Below, in pieces: positions 1 to 12,067 of a stretch of DNA of 64,000 bases. The position numbers and the translations under genes were made by a program. The notes under the pieces are model-generated. The model was not told where the DNA came from. It saw only the letters and a list, made by a program, of their open reading frames with translations, and did no database searches. The first letter of the stretch is position 1, and every line of letters begins with the position of its first letter. Source of the stretch: Auanema rhodensis (lineage: Eukaryota; Animalia; Nematoda); assembly GCA_964057225.1 (NCBI GenBank), contig OZ059895.1, forward strand, positions 16,616,001 through 16,680,000, in the 5' to 3' direction.

Positions 1-610
1 TTAGGCTAGACATTAAAAACGGAGAATGCCCTGTAAACATTACCTCATAGCTGATTGAGCCATCGAAATTATTTTCAGATTCCGACTTGTCGTGACTTAG
101 CACCGAAAGCAACACAAGCTCCAAGACGAGGACGATCAGTAGGATCAGTCAAAGAAGTTTCATTCATTATATGATGCCATTCTCAAATAGTGTTTTAAGA
201 TCCCTCTAACATACAACAAGTCTTCTAATTTCGTTGAAGTCGACGTTCGTGCTCCGCAACTTGATGTTATTGATGCTCGGACAGGTTTGCCAAAATCCAT
301 TTTCAACTTATATTTCATGATATTGAAGACTTTGGCTATGTATCGAACGACGATGTTGTTCTCACTTTACGAGAAGTTAATTCGGAATTCTGTATTCCGC
401 ACCACTTTTACGTGATTTCAACAGTTCTAGTAACCGGGACAATCCTGATTCTCTCTACAGCAGTTGTTTTACTTCTAAGATATCAGAAAAAGAGCCAGTA
501 ACTCTAACTACAAGCTTACTTCACTAATCACAATATCATATCACCTAAATATCGATAGCTTATATCAATTTCCCAACATCTTCATGTGCAATATAACAAT
601 AATGTTGTGA
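1..610 (+). CDS. 3' end of a cuticlin (ZP-domain, CUT-1-like) gene, truncated by the window start; last exon and stop position uncertain
   Basis: Spliced translation IRLDIKNGECP|IPTCRDLAPKATQAPRRGRS...|...EVDVRAPQLDVID...|...EFCIPHHFYVISTVLVTGTILILSTAVVLLLRYQKR. This has the ZP-end cysteines, a furin-like RRGR site, the DV-x-L-x-V-D segment and a C-terminal TM helix followed by basic residues. Confidence 0.7.
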
Positions 611-1115
611 CATTTTACGCTTTTTCTATCAATAAACTTATAATTATACTAAATATGTCTGTGGAACAGCTGTTGGCGGCATTTTGCTTTTGCTTCAAAA
701 GAACTAGTTGTATCTGGTCATCATTAAGCAACTTTCCATGTTCATCAAACCTGTCCATATCAATATAATTAGGGATATTCGAAAATGAAAGCAGTGGCTA
801 TTGCATAATAAGATGATTATATGCCCACATTGTCCTGATATCAAATTTACAACCGGAAAGACGATTGATCAACATGGAGTTTCGACAAGATGAGTTGTTT
901 CAGCTTCTTCTAATCAACTTTTACGAAATTCAATTCACGTTGTCCAACTGAGTCATAACAACAAGGAAATTAGCTTAGCTTGCACCCTTACTTTTCGAGA
1001 AGAATTGTACCTACACTCAGACAAACACATTGAAACATGAAGATATAAGAAATATAACATAACAGAAAACAGCTGAGATTCAGTCTTGTACAGTTTGGGA
1101 ATAAGGCAAACTTGT

Positions 1116-1188
1116 GGCCGCGTGGCGCAATGGATAACGCGTCTGCCTACGGAGCAGAAGATTGTAGGTTCGAATCCTGCCGTGGTCG
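1116..1188 (+). tRNA. tRNA-Arg (anticodon ACG)
   Basis: GGCCGCG acceptor stem, TGGCGCAATGG A box, TCTGC-CTACGGA-GCAGA anticodon arm, GGTTCGAATCC B box, followed by a TTTT terminator. Confidence 0.96.
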
Positions 1189-1645
1189 TAACTTTTGGAT
1201 TTTTTAAACTAGTTATTGTTGAAAATACAGTTTTTAGGGAAAAACACTTTTCCAGAATACAATTTTTTGTGAAAAGGAGAATAGAATTGAAAAAGCAACC
1301 GTGCAACAAAGATGTTTAGAATAAAATGACTTAAATTTAAATGATTCATCAGAATCCTATTTCTTTGGACGTTTATATACATTGCAATGACAAAAACATA
1401 ACAAATATCAAAAACATACAGCTACTTGTAACATGATCAACATTCATGCAATATTTGTTATTTTATAGGAGTGAAAACACAATTCGAAAAATTGGAGAAA
1501 AACATTTCAGTAGAAGTTTTGAAAAGCGTACCAACGATAATTTAGCGCGCCATTGCTAACTAACATAGCCCTAATTATGATAGTCGAATTTTTTTGCATA
1601 TTTTTCTTTTAATGTTTTTTTTTTAATAGAGACGTTGTTTTTCAG

Positions 1646-2840
1646 ATGACTCGTGTAGCTAGATTAAAGACTAAAAAAGGAAAGAGAGTTTTGGAAGACA
1701 GAGCACCAAAAGTAATTGAAAATGATAAAAAAGCTCTATTTGTAAAAGGAGGAAAAACTACTCAAATTGTCAGTGACGCTTTGAAAGATCTTAATAATCT
1801 GAAGAAACCGTTAGTTGTTAGTTTAAAAAGGTATTTTTCTTGTTATATTGATAACTTAATATATTTTCTGTTGCAGAAGAAATCCTTATCACCCATTCGA
1901 AGATGAAACACCAATTGAAAGAATTTCTCTTAAATTTGACACTTCTATGTTTTTGTTTGGTGAGTTCTACTATCACTATTCATGCATTAACAATTTTTTA
2001 TAGGTTCTAATTCAAAGAAACACCCAAACAGTCTCATTTTTGGAAGATTACACGATGGGCAAGTTTTAGATATTGCTGAACTTCGTGTTCTCAATTATGT
2101 GCCAGCTAGCAATTTTGACGTAAGTTTGGGAGAGTAATTTTGAATAAAGATAAATTTTCTTCTAGGTACCTAAGATTGCTACTGGCTCTAAACCAATTTT
2201 AGTTTTCGAAGGAGCTGAATTTGAATCAGATCCCTCAATGAAAAGAGTGTCAAACCTTTTAGTTGATTTTTTCAGAGGAACTGTTGTTGATAAGGTTAGT
2301 ATGCCTTCCCATAATACCACTGAATCATAGGTTTTTAGATTCGTTTACAAGGTCTTGAATATGCTATTTCTTTCACTGCTAGGGAAAAGTTTATCTATAT
2401 GAGAGTATATAGAACTGAGCTGAAGAAATCTGCTACTAATACTCCCAGAATAGAATTGGTAGAAATGGGACCAAGAATTGATTTTGTTTACGATCGTAAT
2501 AAGTTAGCAAATGATAATTTGTTCAAGCAATCTTGCAGAAAGCCTAAGGCTCTCATGGTAAGCGTACGAAGATAGATCGTATTCTATATAACGATTTCAG
2601 GCAAAGAGAAGAAAGAACACATCCGAAGATGTATTCGGTAATCAGCTTGCTAGAGTCCATGTTGGCAAACAAAATACTGATGCTATCCAGACTAGGTATG
2701 TATTATTATAAAAATTTCAAAATTTTTCAAAATTTTTTAGAAAAGTGAAAGCTCTTCGTAAAACTAAGGATGGCGTTACCCCTACAGTTGATAAAAATGC
2801 TGATGCCGGAAACGATGAGGATATGGAGGATGATGAGTAG
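1646..2840 (+). CDS. RPF2: Ribosome production factor 2 (RPF2, Brix domain), 7 exons
   Basis: TTTCAG immediately before ATG. Translation includes R-x-PK-x-IEN-x-KKAL, HPFED, GSNSKKHPNSLIFGR, PRIELVEMGP and LARVHVGKQ. GT-AG introns keep the frame to TAG at 2838-2840. Confidence 0.93.
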
Positions 2841-2942
2841 TATCAATATTTTCTGTTATAATGTTGTTGATTTTTCTTGTTATGTTTTATTTTTCTCAAA
2901 GGAAATAAATAATTTTTACAAAGATTGCTCGAAATTCGTTCA

Positions 2943-3704
2943 TTATGCTACTGATGTTGCATCCGTGGCCTTTTTGAGGTGATGATATGAAGGCAATAGT
3001 TTTCCCACGAGTTCTGGATGCATAGCCTGGAAATAAAAAATTATGTGAAATGATGTAATGAGCTGGGAAACCTGGGGATTATCATGAGCAATTCTTCTGT
3101 TATTATTTGGTCCATAGATGACGGTTTTATCAGGAAGATCTTCGTGAGCAAAAAGTTCACATTTAGGTCCAACCGAACACCCATTTCCTATATAATGTTC
3201 TTACTTGGTATTTAATATTTTCATTACTACCTATAGTACTTAGAGGGCCAACCACGCTTCGTACATGTAGTACATTATTATTTCCTACAGCTTTTGCTCG
3301 AACAACTAAAATTAATAGTAAGTTGAAAGCAATAATTTAACTGTTTTACCAGCCCCAACTTCAAATACATTTTCATTACCAATTACCATAACATGATCCG
3401 CATCAGGAGAGCTGAAACGATGTTAGTGTAGAAGTGAATTGGCTGTAAGAAACATACGCATTCTCGATTAAAGCACGTTCTTCAATCAGATTTTTTTCTC
3501 CAATCACAACGGAACCTCTAGTTGCACGAATGACAGCAAAAGGATGAATAACGGTATATGGACCAATAGTTACATCGCCTTCAAGAACAGCAGATCTACA
3601 TACAATAGCAGTGGGATGTATTTTTATCGAGTTTTTAACCTGCTCCCTAAATGAATATCAATGAAATTTCTTCAACTGAGAAATCAAACAAACTTGTCAG
3701 TCAT
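2943..3704 (-). CDS. dnc-6: Dynactin subunit 6 (p27), 6 exons
   Basis: IKIHPTAIVCRSAVLEGDVTIGPYTVIHPFAVIRA...IGEKNLIEE hexapeptide beta-helix repeats, and a C-terminal KLLPSYHHLKK matching DCTN6. Confidence 0.92.
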
Positions 3705-4629
3705 TGGATATTATAATGTTATGTTTTTCGTATAAATAACAAGAATATTGTGCTCAGATTATGAAGATTTAGTGAAGAAACAATATGCAACACAAGACTA
3801 TGACAGAAGCTCAGTAACTTGAAGTATTTTTTGGTTGACGAGCAGCTGTTGCAAATAAAGCACACATATCCTTACGTATTTATTAGAAAAATTGGCACAC
3901 ATTTGAAATTCAATGCATTTGTTTATACAATATGTTTTTTTATTCAATTAAATTTGATTTCATACCAAGAAGTATGCAAGATATACATTATTTTATGATA
4001 AGTATAGCATTTTTAAACTTGAATGTTTATGTTATTATGTGTATCCGTCTGATAATTTCTTTAAATTTCTTTTTGGAGTACAGGTGAGATGTTGTTGATC
4101 TAATATCAAATGATTTCAAGTATGAAACAAAATGTTTTGTATTGTTCAGTACAGTAATAGTTGTTTTCATCAGTTTTAAATATTTTATCTAAGGGTTCGC
4201 GTTGAGGTGTTATGGTTTCTTCGTTTTTTTCGTGATAATTGTTATTCAGGAAGAACATATTATCGATGTTTCCTCTAATAACTTTAATTCTTCCATACAT
4301 CTTGTTTTTCTCTAAAATATTTTATTTCTTTCTTAATTTTATTCATTGTTGTAACGTGTTAATGTTTTGGACTTGGCCAGCTCTCTTTTGGACTCAAACT
4401 TACTGTAATTTCTAAGTAATTCATTTAATTTGATATATTATCTTTGAAAATACATTTATTTTCTAGATATTTTTTCGATTTGAGTTTACAATAGCTAATT
4501 TGAAAAAAAATATTAAAAAAACTTAACATAGTGTGATCAGGAAGGCTGGTTTCTTCTATAAATCACAGTAAAAGTTTAAGTACTTGTTTGGTTTGGTAGA
4601 ATAAAGACACGGAATTTCATTTTTCCACT

Positions 4630-4745
4630 TATATAACCCCTGGGGCGCTTTGCTTTGGACATTCAAGCTCCGCCTTCCCGTCTTTGCGAGTTCCATCGAT
4701 TCTGCAGCCGGGCGGCAGCGTGCACCGCTTCTTTGGCGCTTATGG
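4630..4745 (+). promoter_or_regulatory. GC-rich upstream element of complexin
   Basis: Isolated GC-rich patch about 400 bp upstream of the cpx-1 ATG, with a COE-like palindrome CCCCTGGGG (4637-4645) and ATCGAT (4695-4700). Function is inferred. Confidence 0.3.
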
Positions 4746-5109
4746 AGATGTTGTTCATTCTTATATTTTTCTGTCGTTCAAATATTTCCTTTATAATGTC
4801 TGAAATCATTCTATGATCCTCTCAACTTCATGGTTTCGTTCCCAATCTCACGTCACACACAAAATAGTTAGATTGTGTACTAGTTAGATGCATTTTTGAC
4901 TTCATAAATTTTTCACACCTAATATCCCTCATCATTTTTGAAAAAACATTTCGGGGGAGAAAGCTTCAGATATGGGTTTTGATTTTTAATTCAAGCATTA
5001 AGCACTTTATTTAGAAATCTTATCAGTTTTATATATAAATTTAAGTTTTATCGTTCATTTTACAACTTTGTGATCATTTTTTATTTTCACATACTCGCTT
5101 AAGGCTAAC

Positions 5110-5762
5110 ATGGCGGGCTTTTTAATGAAACAAATGGTTGGGAACCAGCTTAATGAGGTTACTGGAGCTCTTGGCGTCGGTGGAAACGCAGATGATGGTG
5201 GTGAGAAGACAGAGACCGGCGAAGACCCAGAGGCATGTTGATTTGTTCTCGTCGGCTTTCTTCCTTTTGACAAAGATCTCTGCTTGAACAGCCATGAGAC
5301 GGCATAGGAAGGCTTCCGCTCAGACAGCTATCTTGTAGGTTGTGGCAGCTCGTTTAGAGCAAGAAGAACGTCGTAAGGAAAAGCATCGTAAAATGGAAGC
5401 AGAAAGAGAAAAGATGCGACAAGGAATCCGGGACAAGTATGCTATCAAGAAGAAGGAAGAGGGTCCTGCTATGGATTTTACCGAAGGGCGTATTGGTGGT
5501 CCTCGTAAAACTCCCGAGGTGCAGATTCTTTCCTTTAATCTTTGTCGTGATATGGTGTTGTGTCATTAGATTGAAGCTTTTCGGACTTTTTTTTTGTAAG
5601 AAAACGGACTTCCCAACTTTTTAGGAGTTGGCCGCTGCAATGAACGCCGAAGAAGACAGCCTTATTGGTCAACTTGGTCTGACTGAGCATGTTGAAAAGG
5701 CAAAAACTTTTGCTACCGGTGCCTTTGAAACTGTGAAAGGATTTCTTCCATTTGGAAAGTAA
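5110..5762 (+). CDS. cpx-1: Complexin, 3 exons (intron 1 is GC-AG, 5233-5338; intron 2 5519-5624)
   Basis: [19 protein letters not shown]...EDPE|[39 protein letters not shown]...[13 protein letters not shown], nearly identical to nematode CPX-1. Confidence 0.97.
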
Positions 5763-6324
5763 TTCACCCATTCTTCTATCTTTATTTTCTTTCTCTTCTT
5801 TCCTAACTTAACCTTATAGACTAGTTTTCTTTTATCACTCCTTACTCCTTACTCCTCACATTCACTAAAGCTCTTAATAAACTCAACGTATACTTTACGA
5901 TACATAATAGTTTTGATCGAATTACTTAAACTAGTCAAGTAGAATTTTATTCAGAAGACTTTAAATAATTTTTCATAGCCACATAATTCTAGTCAATGTA
6001 TTCTATATTATTCTTCGTCAGAAAGTTCTCTTAGGTTCTCTCTCACTTTTCTGGCTGTATTTTGTGTTTTTTCTTGTGATCGTCAGATCTCGAGATTTAT
6101 TCTCATGTAACAATATATTTATCTAATAAAAGGGAAGTAGACTTATTTTGCTTTTTTTTGTTTTCGTAAATGATTGATGAATACAAATGTGGCTTGCCAA
6201 ACTTGGAAGAAAAGATCATATTCACCTGACTCCAGAAAGAAAAACGTAAATTAACGTGATAAGATTCAATTGTGCTTTTCTTTTCTTCTATTTCCATTAC
6301 TGGAAATAATGATTTGTAGGAAGA

Positions 6325-7746
6325 ATGAACTCTCCGCCATCAGTGAGTGCCGAACAAATAGAGGAATTAGAAAAAGCGAAGTTTGCCATCCCTTCCTGGT
6401 CGGAAAAACCACCTTCTGGTTCACATTTGGATGTGTCCAAAAAGGATCAATTAATACAGGTATGAGGGATTGTTTGTATATACAATAATTTTTCCAATCT
6501 TTAATATATTCAGAAACTGATGATTGATGAAAAGAAAGCTTACTATTTTGGAAGAAATCCAAAAATGGTCTGATTTCCTTTATCCCTCTTAATTTTTGTT
6601 GTTTTTCCTTGCAGGTTGACTTTGCTGTTGAGCATGCTTCCTGCTCTCGTGTTCACGCTTTGCTTATGTATCATGGTATTTTGAAACGATTTGCTATTGT
6701 GGATATGGGCAGTAGTGAGTTGTTTGACATTCATTCCATCATGTATCGAATTTCAATAGCTGTCATACTTTTTTGAAAATATTCTCATCGATTTCCTATT
6801 GCAGGCCATGGCACGTTTGTGGGACAAGTGCGACTAGAACCATTAAAAGTAGTGTTTTTGGATATAGGAACAACTATACAATTTGGTGCTTCGACGAGAA
6901 GGTTTCGATTAATCATCCTTCATAATTATAACTAAAAACTTGTTTTTCAAGGTATACACTTAGGCTTAAAATTGAATCTAATAAGGAAGGAGATGAAGAG
7001 GATAAAGAAAAACTACCAAATGAAAAGGAACTCGAGGTTCGAACTTTGGCTTTTCCTCTCCGTAATCTTCTAATGTTGTAGGATCTTACGGAGTATAATA
7101 CCGCTGTCAATAGGCGAATTCCTCAATTGCCAATTTCTGAAGAAGAGGCGAGACGAAAAAAACGTCCTCGGGGTAATGTGTCATTCATCGAAGAGGAAGA
7201 TATCATCAATCCAGGTTTGTAGTTCCTTCTGTTCACGGTTTTCTTGTCACTCACCCCGTTTTTAGAGGATGTTGATCCTTCCGTAGGTCGTTTCCGCAAT
7301 CTTGTTTCGACAGCAATTATCTCTAATGCTCCTGGCAAGCGCCCAGCCTTTCCACCTGCTCGAGGAAGTGAACCACAAAGAAAGGTGCTTTGTCTTGTCG
7401 CATTCAAGGCAATGCTTATTATTCATTCTTTAGATTGTTCGCCCTGGTCGAGATTTCTCATTCGCTCAAACTAAGAGCTCATCTTTGAGCGGAATTTCAT
7501 TAAATGCCGCTCCAGATCTTGAATTGTACAGCCAGACTCTACCACAACCCGGAGTACATTCTAGTAAGTCATTCTGTTTGCTTGCTTTTCGCTTTGCTTT
7601 GTTGTGTTTTTTTTCAAAACACGCCATATATTGTCTTTGTAGTCGGGCCAACTCCTCAATCTGCAGCAGACGACGATGAACCACATAAGAAGAAATACGC
7701 CAAGGAAGCCTGGCCAGGACGTAAAAATTTAGCTGGAGTTCTATAG
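6325..7746 (+). CDS. PPP1R8: Nuclear inhibitor of PP1 (NIPP1/PPP1R8), FHA domain, 9 exons
   Basis: FHA motifs YYFGRN, HASCSRVHA and SHGTF; central NVSFIEEEDIINPEDVDPSVGRFRNLV; C-terminal KKKYAKEAWPGRK. Confidence 0.93.
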
Positions 7747-7915
7747 GAATATCAAAGGATCATAAGGAAAACAAACTCCTTCACAAGCGATTGAACCATG
7801 CTCAGTAAAGTTTTCTTGGATCTGAAATTTTCTCATTTATTTATTTGTTGTGTAAAGATAACTCAGTTACTTGTTACATGTTACATGTTAAATATACAGC
7901 ACGTGTTTACTGATG

Positions 7916-9060
7916 CTAATCATCTGGGTACTTTCTGATTTCCTTTGAATAAATAATAAGCTCAAGCTTTAGTTTCTCATTTCTGAAAGAGCGTGCTTGT
8001 TCGCTTAAAATTGAAATATTACTCCGTTTTTGGGTTTCTTGAGTCAGCCAGCTGACATGAAAAGGATGCTTTCGCAAACGATGGAGTAGATGAGACTGCA
8101 ATTTTTCAGAAATAGCTGTTCTGTCTCGAAAGAGAGCTAGTTAGATGAATTAAGGTTTTAAAATAAGAAAATTTTCTAATTTAGGTAATTACTTTTTTCT
8201 TTATATAGATATGTCGATTTTCAGTCTCTTAAGTCATTGAAATTCCGCTAATAACTATTTGTAAATACAAGAGTATCCTCATTTTTCATAAAAGGATTTA
8301 GTAAAGAAGCTTATATCCATCTGATTCTATTTATTTTCGATTAAACAGCCAATGCATCGTGATGTCATGACAACGGAGGCATGTTTAAAGATGCAATTCT
8401 TTTTAAAAACTCTCACAAAGAAAGGCTAGAGAGGCTGAGTGTAGCGCTCCAAGGGAGAGAAACAGAAATAAAGCAAATGCTAGAAAAGGAGGCACAGAGT
8501 AAGAACAGAATAGAAAGGCCTAGAGTTGATGTGAGTTATTTGATAAACTCTCCAGAGTTTTGCATAGTCTTTTTCCATTTTTGAAAATGGAATTTAGATC
8601 CCAAAGAGCCAGCCACACGTCTACGCATCGATTGTTCTGTCTATGAGGAATAGCTTTAGCTACTTTCATCTTTTCAACTAGTCTCTCTTTTTCTTCTTTT
8701 TGTGCTTCGAAAGAGTAAGAAGAAAAAAGAATAAAGAGAAGAGGTATGAAATTAGATAAATAACTAAAAGTAGCAAAGACAATGACAAGTAGCATGTATG
8801 TATAGTGTCTCTTGCTCATTCCAATCGATTAGTAAAAATTTCAAAAATGAATTAGTATGATGAATGTATAATAATCCGATGTTGAAAGCTCTCAAGTTGT
8901 ATCTCGTGATATGTGGAAAAGGATCTAACCAGTTTCTTGCAAATACATCAAACCCTCTCATCATTTTGCTTGTTCCTCGAATTTCTTCGGATTCAAACTC
9001 AAACGGATGAGCATAATTCACTCATGCAGTTAATCCAGGTTCATATTGCAATCTCTATGA
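7916..9060 (-). pseudogene. Possible degenerate gene fragments of unknown family
   Basis: Several coding-like minus-strand stretches (8764-9050, 8520-8710, 7916-8130), with an in-frame TGA near 9022 and no consistent splice model. No family recognised. Confidence 0.25.
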
Positions 9061-9803
9061 ATCAATTAGATTAAATATTATTATCTTCAAAATTTATGAT
9101 TGAAGTATAAACATGAAATATCATATTCAACACATATGATTATGAAAAGTTGTAAATGAATGAAGCCTATTCTTAGAATTTTAATCCCATTATTGCTTCG
9201 CTCGTTTAACTTTTCTTCTAAACTATATTAGATTATATAAATACTTGTATAGACAAGTGAAGCATATTACTTTTCAATTTTTAAACTTAATTAGACAAAA
9301 TAAATAATAATATAGAAAGTGTTGACGCTGGCGCACCTTTTTTGCCCAAATGCGATTTTGCAGATTTTCAACAATTTACAAACATTTAAACATTTTTTCA
9401 TTGAAAATCATACTTAATTTCCCCACAATGTGTCATTTTTCAAAAATGACCAAAATTTGTCTGGCGCACCACTTACCCATTTGGCCCACTTTCAATTTTA
9501 CACATTTTAAGCCATTTTAAGACTTATTTTCATTGATTTCTAACCTTCGGTCATCAAAAATGTGTCATTTCAAACAATTTTCAAAAATGGGGAAATGGTC
9601 AAAAAGTGCGTTATAAAAAATGTGGTCGAAATGGTCGAGAAAAATGCGCTAAGCCATCAAATCACAAACATAGGACTAAATTAGGAATAATTTTAAACGC
9701 GAAATTCTAATACAATTCCAAAACCCTATCCAATCCACTTCAATTTAACAGCAAAGTATACCGAATTGTAAATTGTATTTTGAACATAGAATTGGTAAAT
9801 TAT

Positions 9804-11075
9804 TTATTTTAAAAAAGTTGTTAGAGCCTTTTCAAGGCGTTTAAAATACCGATCGAATGCCGCGCGATTAACGTTCGGGTTGTTTTTCAGGACAGGAACG
9901 TTATTCATTTCTTCTCTTGCTCTGTATATATTTTTCTGAAGATTCCACTTTGCAAAAAAAGTATTCAAATAAGCGATATCAAAAGAGTTCAGAATGCTCG
10001 GCTCGACGTCGATCATGCCAAGGTTGATCTGAAATAACAAAAAATATATAAACAGTTGCACAAAAATATAAAAAAAATCACCCCAAAGTCAATAATTCTC
10101 AATTCACGAGAACAGTGTTCGTCTTCCTTCTTTTCGAGTTCAGTGATTTGTTGCTCCACCACTCCATGATTACCCTTGTTCCTGAGCAGATCGCTCAAAC
10201 AAAGTAAGAAAGACAAGATTTTCATCTGATTTCTCATTTCCATATCGATGTAGACTGGTCCGACCACTAAAAAATGAATTGAATTAGATTCATGTATAAC
10301 AATCTAAATATCACCTTCGTAAGAAGTACTCGCTATTATTTCAGAAACTGAGACTCCCGAAGCGGTTCGAAATCCATCAACTAAATTGTCAGATATAAAA
10401 TTAAAAATCAAACTGATGCCCACCTAATTTAGTTGCTATGAAGACCAGATCAGATTTGGTAATATCTGGTATCACATGAAATGGAGTAGGGACAGCTGAA
10501 TGCGAGCTTTAAGAGCAATCTCCCTTCTTCCGACCGTATTACCCGATGTGGTCATTCGTTTGATTTCACTTATCATCTGGACGTATGTCCGCCAATTTCC
10601 CAACATAATATGGCACTGAAATCAGTCAATTAACCAAACGAAAATATAAATAAAAAATATAATACTTAAAATATATATAATAAGTATTTTTGAAAGATTC
10701 TGCCTTCTAAACCAAAGATACTAATTAGGGTGGCGGAGGACTAGCCTTAAATCTATTAAAGGAAATCAGTCGATTAAACAAATAAAAATATAAAAATTCA
10801 ACTTACCACGACAAGTTCCTCAAAATCATTGATCGATTGAAGAGGATGAAGAGAGTCTGGTAGCTCTTCAGAACGAAACTCGATTTGTTGAAATTTTGGT
10901 GGGATATGCGTCACACTCTGAACCTCTATCAATAAATCCGAACGAGAAATCTGTAAATAATTTAAATTTCAGATAAAGCCAATGATCAAAGTTCACAAAC
11001 CTGTGTATCCACAACAATATTTTTGAAGAGTCGATCTTTTTTTTCTCCAACAAGTCGAATCACGAGAAAGACCAT
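9804..11075 (-). pseudogene. Cargo gene: N-terminal ubiquitin-like domain plus atypical kinase-like C-lobe; 6 exons, frameshifted by a probable internal deletion near 10490
   Basis: TTTCAG-a-ATG start. Exons 1-2 read MVFLVIRLVGEKKDRLFKNIVVDTQ|ISRSDLLIEVQSVTHIPPKFQQIEFRSEELPD...EELVV (Ubl pattern). Later exons read FHVIP...VFIATKLVDGF, LSDLLRNKGNHGV and LRIIDFG. Exon 3 changes frame between its two halves. Confidence 0.7.
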
Positions 11076-11299
11076 TCTGAAACAAAAGAATTAATAAATA
11101 AATAAACAGTTTTAATTCAAAGGAAACACGAATATAGCACAAGAACAAGAAAAGGAAGTCTCTTTTCTATTCACAAAAGTTAATGGAAGAATGCAATGTT
11201 GGCAGGTGTCGCGTCGCGTACGTCTAGCTCAACTGTGGCAAATGTTTGTTTGTGCTCGGTCACAGTGAGGAAAAGAAAAGAAGGTCACACAGAGAGAAA

Positions 11300-11846
11300 A
11301 TATCAAAATATAGAGTTATGTTATCAAGATACTGACAGTCTCATATATGACATCAAGACTGAAGATTTCTACAAAGACACTCAAAAAGATATCTCTTTTC
11401 AAAAACATTTTGATTTAAGTGATTATCCGGAAGATCATGTACTTCATTGCAAAGAAAATAAGAAAGTTGTTGGGAAATTTAAAGATGAATTGAATGGAAA
11501 TATTATGACTGAACTACTTGCTCTAAAGCCTAAACAATATGCTTTTAAGTCTCTAGACAATGAAGGAATTGAAAATGAAACCAAGAAAAGTAAAGGAATC
11601 AAGAAGAATGTTGTCAAGAATGAGTTGATTGTCGATGATTATAAGCACAGCCTTTTTAATAAGACTGTTGTAAGAAAGACTCAATATAGTATTAGGAGTG
11701 TTAAACACACTATTTTCACACAATGTCAGAATAAAGTAGCTCTCAATAATGATGAAGTTTCTACAGAACATAAACGTTATATTATTAAAGATAGTCACTC
11801 GACAATGGCATTTGGAAATGTCAATATTAAACCGAATCTTTTATAA
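11300..11846 (+). pseudogene. C-terminal fragment of protein-primed family B DNA polymerase (pPolB)
   Basis: YQDTDSL catalytic motif, KKVVGKFKDE, ALKPKQY, KSKGIKK and K-x-AL...KRY. Intronless; the N-terminal part of the enzyme is missing. Confidence 0.92.
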
Positions 11847-12067
11847 AAGAAATAAAACTGCACTTCTGAAGTCTTCTGAAGTCTCTAATAGCTTCAATAA
11901 TAACAAACAATAATAACCACAATGATGGGTTCCGAATTTTTGAATTTGAAATGTTGAAAGTTCTATTTTTCTATCTTTTCTAGCGTCAGCTAGCTTCCTT
12001 TCAGAAGATCTACTCTTGAGATATTTTATGATTTCTTCTGGTGGATTCAATCCAAAAGAATCAAAAT
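11841..12067 (-). pseudogene. C-terminal half of adenain-type cysteine protease (Maverick PRO)
   Basis: YFDSFGLNPP...QIQKFGTHHCGYYCLLLL, containing the catalytic Asp and the Gln/Cys motif. Convergent with pPolB, stop codons adjoining at 11841-11846; the fragment begins exactly at the right TIR. Confidence 0.88.

Noticed and set aside
953-1319. ORFs overlapping tRNA-Arg (and likewise 20762-21044 over tRNA-Asp)
   Set aside because: Chance ORFs across tRNA genes.
4060-4400. AT-rich minus-strand ORF remnant (MYGRIKVIRGNIDN...) as a viral or Maverick fragment
   Set aside because: No diagnostic motif or terminal repeats, so it cannot be supported without a search.
11196-11300. N-terminal 35 aa of the 216-aa ORF as part of the polymerase
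   Set aside because: It does not resemble PolB. It is more likely the cargo gene's upstream region joined in frame by chance at a deletion junction.
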